Assembly: GCA_947459535.1 (NCBI GenBank)
Contig: CANHDY010000001.1
Coordinates: forward strand, 4,653-68,652
Direction: 5' to 3'
From: Rickettsiales bacterium
GTDB lineage: Bacteria; Pseudomonadota; Alphaproteobacteria; Rickettsiales; SXRF01
DNA: 64,000 nt
Part shown: in pieces, positions 9,904 through 17,689 of the stretch
How the letters are laid out: every line of letters starts with the position of its first letter
How positions within the stretch are numbered: the first letter of the stretch is position 1
Translations under genes and position numbers: made by a program
Notes under the pieces: model-generated
Told to the model about the DNA's origin: nothing
Seen by the model: the letters and a program-made list of their open reading frames with translations, nothing else
Databases searched by the model: none

Positions 9904-10902
9904 ATGACCACACCACAAACGATCCTCATCACCGGCGCTGAAGGTTTTATTGGCTCGCATCTCGCAGAAGCGCTCGTGCGCCAGGGCAGGCGCGTGCGGG
10001 CGATGGCGCTGTATAATTCTTTTGGGCGCTATGGCTGGCTGGATACGCTGAGCCCCGAGATTCGCTCGCAGCTTGAGCTGGTGATGGGCGATGTGCGCGA
10101 CCCGTTTTCGGTGCGCGAGGCGATGAAAGGCTGCGATGGTGTGATGCATCTCGCCGCGCTGATTGCCATTCCTTATTCTTACGCAGCGCCAGCTTCCTAC
10201 GTCGAAACCAATGTCATGGGCACACTGAATGTCATGCAGGCTGCGCGCGATCTTGGCGTGCAGAAAGTGGTGCATACGTCCACCTCAGAAGTCTATGGCA
10301 CTGCGAGAATCGTGCCGATTCCAGAAAGCCACCCGCTGGTTGGGCAGTCACCTTATTCAGCCAGCAAAATCGGCGCAGATCAGATGGCCTATTCCTACTA
10401 CGCCTCGTTCGGCACCCCCGTTGCCACCGTGCGCCCATTTAACACCTTCGGGCCGCGCCAGAGCCTGCGCGCGGTCATCCCCACCATCATCCTGCAGGCA
10501 CTTGCCGGCAAAGGCGAGCTTTCGCTGGGTGCCACCACCCCCACACGCGACTTTAATTATGTGGATGATACCGTATCCGGAATGATTGCCATACTGGATC
10601 ATCCTGCCGCCATCGGCGAGGTCATCAATATCGGTAGCGGCCGCGAAATCTCCGTGGCAGACACCGTGAAGATGATCGAAACGCTCACCGGTAAAACCCT
10701 GACCATCCACACCGACAGCGCGCGGCTGCGACCGGAAAATAGCGAGGTCGAGCGCCTGTGCTGCGACCATAGCAAAGCCCAAAAGCTGCTTGGCTGGAAG
10801 CCGCGTATCACGCTGGAAGACGGCCTGAGCGAAACCATCCGCTGGTTTGCGGATCCTGCCAACCGCGCACATTACCACGATGTCACGCGCTACACCGTCT
10901 GA
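9904..10902 (+). CDS. NAD-dependent sugar 4,6-dehydratase/epimerase (LegB-like)
   Basis: 'ILITGAEGFIGSHL' Rossmann motif and 'YSASK'. Confidence 0.85.
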   Translation: MTTPQTILITGAEGFIGSHLAEALVRQGRRVRAMALYNSFGRYGWLDTLSPEIRSQLELVMGDVRDPFSVREAMKGCDGVMHLAALIAIPYSYAAPASYVETNVMGTLNVMQAARDLGVQKVVHTSTSEVYGTARIVPIPESHPLVGQSPYSASKIGADQMAYSYYASFGTPVATVRPFNTFGPRQSLRAVIPTIILQALAGKGELSLGATTPTRDFNYVDDTVSGMIAILDHPAAIGEVINIGSGREISVADTVKMIETLTGKTLTIHTDSARLRPENSEVERLCCDHSKAQKLLGWKPRITLEDGLSETIRWFADPANRAHYHDVTRYTV

Positions 10903-12055
10903 AATTCTTGCGGCAACTCTTAAGGTGCTGGGCGAAAGCCCGCGCCCCCATGCGCTGCATGAGCCACTCTTTGCCGGCAATGAAAAAGCCTATGTTGCGT
11001 CCTGTATTGATGAAGGTTGGGTATCATCGGTTGGCAGCTTTGTGGATCGCTTCGAGCGCGAACTGGCGGCAGCCTGCGGCGCGACCCATGCGGTAGTGAT
11101 GGTCAATGGCACCTGCGCGCTGCAGGTGGCGCTGCATCACTGCGGTGTGGCGCCGGGCGATGAGGTGCTCATGCCATCGCTCACCTTTGTGGCCACAGCC
11201 AATGCCGCAAGCCATCTTGGCGCAGTGCCGCACTTTGTGGAGGTGGAGGAAACATCGCTCGGTATTTGCCCAGAAGCGCTGCGGCGCCATCTTGCGCGCG
11301 TTGCCACCACTCAGGCCGGCACCACCATCAACCGCCTCACCGGCCGCCCGCTTCGGGCGCTGATTCCGGTAGATGTGTTTGGTCATCCCTGCCAGCTGGC
11401 AGCGCTGAGACAGGTTGCCGAGGAGTTTTCACTGGCACTGATTGAGGATGCGACCGAAGCGCTGGGCAGCCAGCGTGCGGGCACGCCGGTCGGCAATTCG
11501 GGCGTGGCTGTGCTCAGCTTCAACGGTAATAAAATCATCACCACTGGTGGCGGCGGCGCCATTTTGCTGGAAGATGAAGCCAGTTATCGGCGCATCAAGC
11601 ATCTCACCACCACTGCTAAACAACCGCACCGCTGGGCCTTTGATCACGATGCTGTGGCGTGGAATTACCGCCTGCCGAACCTCAATGCCGCGCTGGGTGT
11701 CGCGCAGCTTGAGCAGCTGCCGCGTTTTGTTGCCGCCAAGCGTTTGCTTGCTGAGCGCTACATTCAGCAGTTTGAAAATGTGCATGGCGTGCGTATTCTG
11801 AAAGAGCCATCAGGCACCAGCAGCAACTACTGGCTGGTGTCATTGCTGCTGGATGAAGCCTCTGGCGAAACGCGCGATGCATGCCTCGCCCAGCTGCATG
11901 ATGAGGGCATTCTCGCCCGCCCGGTCTGGACACCGCTGCACCAGCTCGCCATCTATCAGTCCTGCCCGCGCGATCAGCTCACACTCACCGAATCACTCCA
12001 CCAGCGTCTTATCAGCCTGCCCTCCAGCGCGAAATATGGATTTGCCTATGTCTAG
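10880..12055 (+). CDS. DegT/DnrJ/EryC1 aminotransferase (LegC-like)
   Basis: 'LHEPLF...YV..CI..GWVSS', 'AVLSFNGNKIITTGGGG'. Start set at the internal ATG at 10880. Confidence 0.85.
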   Translation: MSRATPSEILAATLKVLGESPRPHALHEPLFAGNEKAYVASCIDEGWVSSVGSFVDRFERELAAACGATHAVVMVNGTCALQVALHHCGVAPGDEVLMPSLTFVATANAASHLGAVPHFVEVEETSLGICPEALRRHLARVATTQAGTTINRLTGRPLRALIPVDVFGHPCQLAALRQVAEEFSLALIEDATEALGSQRAGTPVGNSGVAVLSFNGNKIITTGGGGAILLEDEASYRRIKHLTTTAKQPHRWAFDHDAVAWNYRLPNLNAALGVAQLEQLPRFVAAKRLLAERYIQQFENVHGVRILKEPSGTSSNYWLVSLLLDEASGETRDACLAQLHDEGILARPVWTPLHQLAIYQSCPRDQLTLTESLHQRLISLPSSAKYGFAYV

Positions 12056-13199
12056 AAAAATAGCCGTCATCACCGCCACCCGCGCCGAATATGGCCTGCT
12101 ACGCTGGACGATGCGTGAAATTCTTGAGCGCGGCGGCGAGCTTCAGCTGATTGCGACCGGCACTCACTTAAGCGCGGCGCATGGCATGACCCTGCGCGAT
12201 ATTGAGGCCGATGGATTTGATGTCACCGCCTCCATCGATATGAAGCAATCCGGCGACCGGCCGAAAGATATCATCCGCGCCATGGTGAGGCTCAGCCAGG
12301 AGCTGGCAAGCCTGCTGCCGAAACTCTCCCCAGACCTGCTGGTCATTCTCGGCGATCGCTATGAAATGCTGGCTGCCGCCAGCAGCGCGCTGATGTTTAA
12401 CCTGCCCATCGCCCATATTCATGGCGGTGAAGTCACGGAAGGAGCCATGGATGAATCCATCCGCCACGCCATCACCAAGCTGAGCTACTGGCATTTTGCC
12501 ACCGCCGAACCTTACGCACGCAGAATCATGCAACTTGGCGAAGAGGCTGGCCGCGTTTTTATTGCTGGTGCGCCGGGTATTGATAACATTTACCGCCTGC
12601 CGCTGCTGCCCCGCGAGGCGCTGGCAGAGGATTTAAAACTGGCACTGAACTCGCCGCTGATACTCCTTACCTACCATCCGGAGACCCTTGCTGCGGTATC
12701 GCCGCTTATGCAGCTGGAAGAGGTACTGGCCGCCCTTGAAAGCAGGCCGGATGCCACGCTGATCATCACCGGCGCGAATGCCGATAGCGGCGGCGCGGCC
12801 ATCAATGATCGCCTGCGCGCCTTCGCTGAGCAGCGCCCACAAACGGTTTTTTCGCCGTCGCTCGGTTCACTTCGCTATTTAAGCGCCATCCGCGCGGCGG
12901 ATGTGGTGCTGGGCAATTCCTCCAGCGGCATGATCGAGGCGCCGGTGCTTGCCACCCCCACGGTCAATATCGGCGATCGCCAGAAGGGTCGCCTGCGTGC
13001 CCCCAGTGTCATCGACTCCGCGTGCGAGCGCAGCGCCATCTCCGCAGCGCTGGCGCAGGCGTTGCTGCCAGCATTCAAACAGGGGCTTGAGCCATGGCAG
13101 GCGCTGGGCAGACCCGGGCAGGTCGCGCCGATGATTGCAGAAAAACTGCTCTCGCTTGAGATACCAGCGCGTCCGGTTAAGCCATTTGTTGATTTTTAG
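12048..13199 (+). CDS. neuC: UDP-N-acetylglucosamine 2-epimerase (hydrolysing), NeuC/LegG-like
   Basis: 'KIAVITATRAEYGLL' and 'HIHGGE'. Start is ATG 12048; ATG 12036 is an alternative. Confidence 0.85.
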   Translation: MSRKIAVITATRAEYGLLRWTMREILERGGELQLIATGTHLSAAHGMTLRDIEADGFDVTASIDMKQSGDRPKDIIRAMVRLSQELASLLPKLSPDLLVILGDRYEMLAAASSALMFNLPIAHIHGGEVTEGAMDESIRHAITKLSYWHFATAEPYARRIMQLGEEAGRVFIAGAPGIDNIYRLPLLPREALAEDLKLALNSPLILLTYHPETLAAVSPLMQLEEVLAALESRPDATLIITGANADSGGAAINDRLRAFAEQRPQTVFSPSLGSLRYLSAIRAADVVLGNSSSGMIEAPVLATPTVNIGDRQKGRLRAPSVIDSACERSAISAALAQALLPAFKQGLEPWQALGRPGQVAPMIAEKLLSLEIPARPVKPFVDF

Positions 13200-13235
13200 C
13201 TTTCCAAGCCACCGAAATTCATTAATAATAAGCGC

Positions 13236-13907
13236 ATGATCAAATTTGAAAACCACGCCTTCAAAGGCCTCGATACCGAGTTCAACAATCTCTACGGTAT
13301 GATTCAGCAGATGGCGGGCATGGTCTCGGAGCAGCTGCGCCTGTTTGATGAAGCACTCAGTGAGCAGATTCGCGACAATGCGGATGCCAAGCAGCTCGAT
13401 AAAAAAATCAATGCGCTTGAAATTGAGATTGAAAATGCTGTCGCTGCCATTTTGTCGCGCTACACCCTGATTGGCGATGAGCTGCGCTTCACCGTCACCA
13501 TGCTCAAGCTCTCCTCCACGCTGGAACGCATGGGTGATATGGCCAAAAACTGCGTCAAGCGCACCGTTCGGCTGGTTCGGCCGGTGCAACCCGCCTTTGT
13601 ATCCGAAGCGCATAGCCTCAAAAAATTGATTGATACGATGCTGATGAGCAGCATGAGCCTTGTGCAGGAATATGATGAAACCAAAGCCGTAGCCCTGCTC
13701 GCGCAGGAGGATGAGGCGGACGGCCTGTATAAGAAAACTCAGCTGCTGCTGCAGCAGGATCTCGGCGATCATGCACAGCTCGTGGAATCAACCCACATGC
13801 TCTTCATCATCAAAAATCTCGAGCGCATGGCGGATCTGGCGCTCGAGATCGTGAAACTCTGCCACTATATCCATCTCGGCAGCAAATTCGAGCGCCCCAC
13901 CCTTTAA
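13236..13907 (+). CDS. phoU: phosphate signalling protein PhoU
   Basis: Two PhoU repeats with 'LERMGDMAKN' and 'LERMADLALE'. Confidence 0.8.
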   Translation: MIKFENHAFKGLDTEFNNLYGMIQQMAGMVSEQLRLFDEALSEQIRDNADAKQLDKKINALEIEIENAVAAILSRYTLIGDELRFTVTMLKLSSTLERMGDMAKNCVKRTVRLVRPVQPAFVSEAHSLKKLIDTMLMSSMSLVQEYDETKAVALLAQEDEADGLYKKTQLLLQQDLGDHAQLVESTHMLFIIKNLERMADLALEIVKLCHYIHLGSKFERPTL

Positions 13908-14395
13908 TCAAATATTTCGTCGGGATAAACGCCCCAGAGGCGTTTTTTTTCTGCCCAGCCGCGGCGTCCTTCCACTTGAAGCCGGCACCAGTCGCGCTCA
14001 CACTCCATCATCGAGGCAATCACCCCCGGCTTGGCTTTCAGTAGCGGCTTGGCATCGGCCTTGCTGTTGTGAAGCAATAGACACGGCTCCTTGCCGATAA
14101 TCATGGCATAGCGGCTGCCATCGATCATCATTTTATGAACCCAGCCGGTGGCGCCTTCTGCATCACGAATCTTGCGCCAGAAATCAAATTCTTCAATCAC
14201 CTCCACCGGCATATTCTGGCGACGATAAATCCATGCGATGGGATAGCGTGTGCCCGGGCCGGTGCGCACATTCGTCTCTTCATTTTTAAGGCTAACAAAA
14301 CGTGGAATCGGCAGGCCGGAATCCGCCAGCGGCGCGGCAAGGGCAGCGCTCGCCGCAAATATCCCAGATATCAGCCAGAAAAAAACAAATCTCAT
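13904..14395 (-). CDS. secreted SH3-like domain protein (DUF1058-like)
   Basis: Signal peptide, then 'PIPRFVSLK...NVRTGPG' and 'GWVH'. Confidence 0.7.
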   Translation of the reverse strand: MRFVFFWLISGIFAASAALAAPLADSGLPIPRFVSLKNEETNVRTGPGTRYPIAWIYRRQNMPVEVIEEFDFWRKIRDAEGATGWVHKMMIDGSRYAMIIGKEPCLLLHNSKADAKPLLKAKPGVIASMMECERDWCRLQVEGRRGWAEKKRLWGVYPDEIFD

Positions 14396-14416
14396 CTTTT
14401 GAATCTACATCACAAG

Positions 14417-15148
14417 CTACTGGTTTACAATAATCTTTATTGTTCTTGCCTGCCCTAAAAGCCCATCATAGCACCATAGCCTGCCCGAAAGCGACTGGCC
14501 GATGCCAAGCAGCTCCTTGATGGCTTCCAGCGCCTGCATGCTGCCGAGCATGCCAGCAAGCGGGCCGGCAATACCTTCCTGCGCGCAAGTAACCTCGCGC
14601 TGGGGCATCTCATGCACCAGATCGCGGTAGCCGGGGTGCGGCGCGCCAAAGTAGGGTTTAAAGGTGGAAAGCTGCGCTTCAAAACCGCTAATAGCGGCAG
14701 AGATCAGCGGCTTTTTTTCTGCCTCGCAGCTATCGGCCACCACAAACCGCGTGGCAAAATTATCCGAGCCATCCAGCACCACATCAAACTCCCGCACCAA
14801 TTCGCGCGCATTCTCCGCGTGGATGCGGCGCGGAAAAAGCGTCAGTTCCACATCGGGATTCAGCTCATTCACGCGATCCGCCGCCGCCTCGATCTTCAGC
14901 CGCCCCAAATCCCCCATCTCATACATCACCTGCCGCTGCAAATTGGAAAGCTCCACACGGTCATGCTCGCAGATGCCAATATGCCCAATGCCTGCTGCCG
15001 CCAGATAGGAAATCGCCGCGCTTCCTAGCCCGCCCGCGCCAATCACCAGCGCCGATGAAGCAAGCAGCTTTTCCTGCCCGGCCTCGCCGATCTCCGGCAA
15101 AACAAGGTGGCGCGCATAGCGGCGTTTTTGATCGTCGGTGAGTGGCAT
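14417..15148 (-). CDS. moeB: ThiF/MoeB/HesA-family adenylyltransferase
   Basis: 'RYARHL.LPEIG..GQ', 'VIGAGGLGS', 'SNLQRQ'. Confidence 0.8.
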   Translation of the reverse strand: MPLTDDQKRRYARHLVLPEIGEAGQEKLLASSALVIGAGGLGSAAISYLAAAGIGHIGICEHDRVELSNLQRQVMYEMGDLGRLKIEAAADRVNELNPDVELTLFPRRIHAENARELVREFDVVLDGSDNFATRFVVADSCEAEKKPLISAAISGFEAQLSTFKPYFGAPHPGYRDLVHEMPQREVTCAQEGIAGPLAGMLGSMQALEAIKELLGIGQSLSGRLWCYDGLLGQARTIKIIVNQ

Positions 15149-15233
15149 AGGTTTCGTAGGTTGCGAAGGTTACGAAGGTTGCGTAAGCTAAACCTACGAA
15201 ACTTACGAAACATACGCAACCTCCGTAACCTCC
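15149..15233. repeat. nonamer array inverted repeat: ~4x GGTTNCGNA then ~5x TNCGNAACC
   Basis: Read directly. Fills the whole spacer between the divergent start codons at 15148 and 15236. Confidence 0.9.
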
Positions 15234-15235
15234 CA

Positions 15236-15754
15236 ATGCCCTACCGCTTCACCCTTCTCTACCTGCTGCTTATTCCGCTGGTAAACTGGGCATTTTCCTG
15301 GACACCGCTCGTCGCGCTGCCGGACGGCGGCATGTGGTCGCCTTTTTCGATTGCAGTGGGGCTGATTCTGGTGGTGCGTGATTTCGCCCAGCGCGAGATC
15401 GGGCAGTATATCTTCATCCCGCTCATCATCGGGGTGGCGATCTCGTTTCTGATGGCGCCGCCGGAAATCGCCGCCGCTAGCGGCATTGCATTTTTCGTCA
15501 GCGAGCTGGTGGACTGGGCGCTTTACACCTTCACCAAAAAACCGCTTTCCACCCGTGTGATGATCTCCAGCCTCGCCAGCGCGCCGGTCGATAGCATCAT
15601 CTACTTATCTGGTGCAAATATGGCCATTCCCGGCCTCTTCAGCTGGTGGACACTGGGCACCATGATCATAAGCAAATTATTGGGCGCGTATGTAGTGTAT
15701 CGCATACTGAGGAAAAGAGAGCGCTCCTCGTCATTCCCCGAATTTCGCCAGTAG
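15236..15754 (+). CDS. VUT-family (YhhQ/DUF165-like) membrane protein
   Basis: Polytopic profile with 'VVRDFAQREIG' and 'APVDSIIY'. Start set at ATG 15236; the ORF-track N-terminus is a translated repeat. Confidence 0.6.
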   Translation: MPYRFTLLYLLLIPLVNWAFSWTPLVALPDGGMWSPFSIAVGLILVVRDFAQREIGQYIFIPLIIGVAISFLMAPPEIAAASGIAFFVSELVDWALYTFTKKPLSTRVMISSLASAPVDSIIYLSGANMAIPGLFSWWTLGTMIISKLLGAYVVYRILRKRERSSSFPEFRQ

Positions 15755-15770
15755 GTGAAATTATAGGGGA

Positions 15771-15879
15771 ATCCATCCAGAAATGTCAGCAGACATTTCT
15801 GGGACGCAAAAGGTCTACTGACCTTTTGCTATTCTGGATCCCGGATAAATTTTTTTACTAAAAAAATTTCCGGGATGAC
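15771..15879. repeat. composite GTCAT/ATCCAG...CTGGAT/ATGAC palindromic element (MITE-like) with two internal GTC..GAC hairpins
   Basis: atccatccag + hairpins at 15777-15802 and 15806-15829 + ctggatcccggataaattttttt..aaaaaaatttccgggatgac. Confidence 0.75.
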
Positions 15880-15880
15880 G

Positions 15881-16840
15881 TCATTCGGCAAACAAATCGG
15901 TAGAAATATACCGCTCCGCCATCGATGCCGCGATGACGACGATCCGCTTGCCTGCCATCTCCGGCCGCGCCGCCACTTCCAGCGCTGCTGCCAGCGTTGC
16001 GCCGGAGGAAATCCCCACCGGCAGCCCCTCAAGCCGCGCGGCTTTGCGGGCGGTGGCAAAGGCGGTGTCGTTTGAAATCGCGATCACTTCATCGAGCAAA
16101 TCACGTATCAGCACATCGGGCACAAACCCCGCGCCGATGCCCTGAATTTTATGCGGCCCCGGCTTGCCGCCGGAGAGCACCGGCGAATCTTCCGGCTCCA
16201 CCGCGATGATTTTAATGGCGGGGTTCTTCGCTTTCAGCACACTGCCCGTGCCGGTGATGCAGCCGCCGGTGCCCACACCGGAAATAAACACATCGAGCGC
16301 GCCGCCCGTATCGCGCCAGATTTCCTCAGCGGTGGTGCGGCGATGAATGGCGGGGTTCGCCTCGTTTTTGAATTGCTGCAGCATCAGCGCATTCGCGTTT
16401 GCCGCCACAATCTCCTCTGCCTTGGCAATTGCGCCTTTCATGCCTTGTTCTTTGGGCGTTAGCACCAATTCGGCGCCCAGAAATTTCAGCATCTTGCGGC
16501 GCTCCAGCGACATGCTCTCAGGCATGGTGAGTGTGAGCCGGTAGCCCTTCGCCGCGCAGACAAAGGCCAGCGCAATACCGGTATTGCCAGAAGTCGGCTC
16601 CACGAGCAGCGTATCTGATTTCAGTTTGCCGCTAGCCTCAGCGGCTTCAATCATTCCGAGGGCGATACGGTCTTTCACCGATGAAAGCGGGTTAAAAAAC
16701 TCGGCCTTCACCAGAATCTCTGCTTTTGCACCAGCATCCTTCGCCAGCGCATTCAGGCGAATCAGCGGCGTGTTGCCAATCGTCGCGAGAATATTCTCAT
16801 AAATCCGGCCGCGGCCGGGCGCGTCAAGCTGAGTGGTCAT
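15881..16840 (-). CDS. cysK: cysteine synthase A
   Basis: 'SVKDR', '[11 protein letters not shown]', 'GVGTGG'. Confidence 0.95.
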   Translation of the reverse strand: MTTQLDAPGRGRIYENILATIGNTPLIRLNALAKDAGAKAEILVKAEFFNPLSSVKDRIALGMIEAAEASGKLKSDTLLVEPTSGNTGIALAFVCAAKGYRLTLTMPESMSLERRKMLKFLGAELVLTPKEQGMKGAIAKAEEIVAANANALMLQQFKNEANPAIHRRTTAEEIWRDTGGALDVFISGVGTGGCITGTGSVLKAKNPAIKIIAVEPEDSPVLSGGKPGPHKIQGIGAGFVPDVLIRDLLDEVIAISNDTAFATARKAARLEGLPVGISSGATLAAALEVAARPEMAGKRIVVIAASMAERYISTDLFAE

Positions 16841-17298
16841 GGTTTTGCTGCCTTGATGCCGGTGGATCCAAAACCGCCAGCGCCGCGCGCTGTTTCATCC
16901 AGCGCGGAAACCTCCTGCCATGCGGCAGTAGTGACCGGCGCAATCACCAGCTGGGCGATACGCATGCCGCGCTCAATCACAAACGGCTCGTGGCTTAAAT
17001 TCACCAGCAGAACCTTCACCTCACCGCGATAATCCGCATCAATCGTTCCGGGCGCGTTACAAACCGTCACGCCATGCTTGAATGCCAGCCCCGAACGCGG
17101 GCGCACCTGCGCCTCATAGCCTTCCGGCAGCGCCATCGCAAAACCAGCAGGAATCAGCTGGCGCTCCAGCGAACCAAGCGTGAGCTTTCCTTCCACCGCC
17201 GCCATCAGATCCATGCCCGCTGCATGGCCGGTGGCATAGGCCGGCAGCGGCAGATCCGCCCCGTGGGGAAGCTTAGTCATGTGAATTGTGATAGTCAT
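16837..17298 (-). CDS. dut: dUTP diphosphatase
   Basis: 'AAGMDL', 'RSGLA', '[10 protein letters not shown]', '[10 protein letters not shown]'. Confidence 0.95.
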   Translation of the reverse strand: MTITIHMTKLPHGADLPLPAYATGHAAGMDLMAAVEGKLTLGSLERQLIPAGFAMALPEGYEAQVRPRSGLAFKHGVTVCNAPGTIDADYRGEVKVLLVNLSHEPFVIERGMRIAQLVIAPVTTAAWQEVSALDETARGAGGFGSTGIKAAKP

Positions 17299-17344
17299 TG
17301 TTTTCTCCTTGTCGTCCCAGATGCAGTTAGCGGGGTCTGGTCAT

Positions 17345-17644
17345 TCAATCGCCATCACCACCAAAATCAGAACTATCATCATTGGAGCCATCTTCATCTT
17401 TTTTGCTGTGGGTACTACCAAATGACCAGCGTCCTGTATCATCAACGGTTATATTCTTTGTATCTGCATTATAATTATACTCACCTGTGGAAGACATCAC
17501 TACAATCCATATGATTGCAAATAACACCATCAAAGGAACTAAATAATTGTATGCAATCCAATGCTTCAGCACAAACCAAATTATCACTTCTGCAATTATC
17601 AACCGCCCTGAAAATAGCCATTTCCAATCAAGATTTTTGAGCAT
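17345..17644 (-). CDS. hypothetical small membrane protein, AT-rich orphan
   Basis: Two hydrophobic helices and an acidic tail. Visibly more AT-rich than its neighbours. No family recognised. Confidence 0.45.
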   Translation of the reverse strand: MLKNLDWKWLFSGRLIIAEVIIWFVLKHWIAYNYLVPLMVLFAIIWIVVMSSTGEYNYNADTKNITVDDTGRWSFGSTHSKKDEDGSNDDSSDFGGDGD

Positions 17645-17659
17645 ACTCAACTCTTTTTT

Positions 17660-17689
17660 CTGGATTACTTCGCTTACGCTCGTAATGAC
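17660..17689. repeat. half element CTGGAT...AATGAC
   Basis: ctggattacttcgcttacgctcgtaatgac. Confidence 0.6.

Noticed and set aside
9304-10275. 323-aa ORF antisense to the formyltransferase-like and dehydratase genes
   Set aside because: It runs opposite two genes with clear family motifs. It is Arg/His/Ala-rich, as is typical of antisense frames in GC-rich DNA. It has no SD and no recognisable motif. The same reasoning applies to other long antisense ORFs, including 12879-13772, 30923-31744, 32528-33334, 33554-34273, 41383-42114, 44162-45031, 52002-52823 and 8021-8695.
13236-13907. phoU located away from any pstSCAB genes as a possible anomaly
   Set aside because: Stand-alone phoU paralogues are common. 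Nothing in the sequence itself is unusual.
15107-15235. N-terminal extension of the VUT ORF reading 'RLRRLRRLRKLNLRNLRNIRNLRNL'
   Set aside because: This is a translation of the nonamer array, and it overlaps the moeB-like CDS. The conserved membrane protein begins at ATG 15236.
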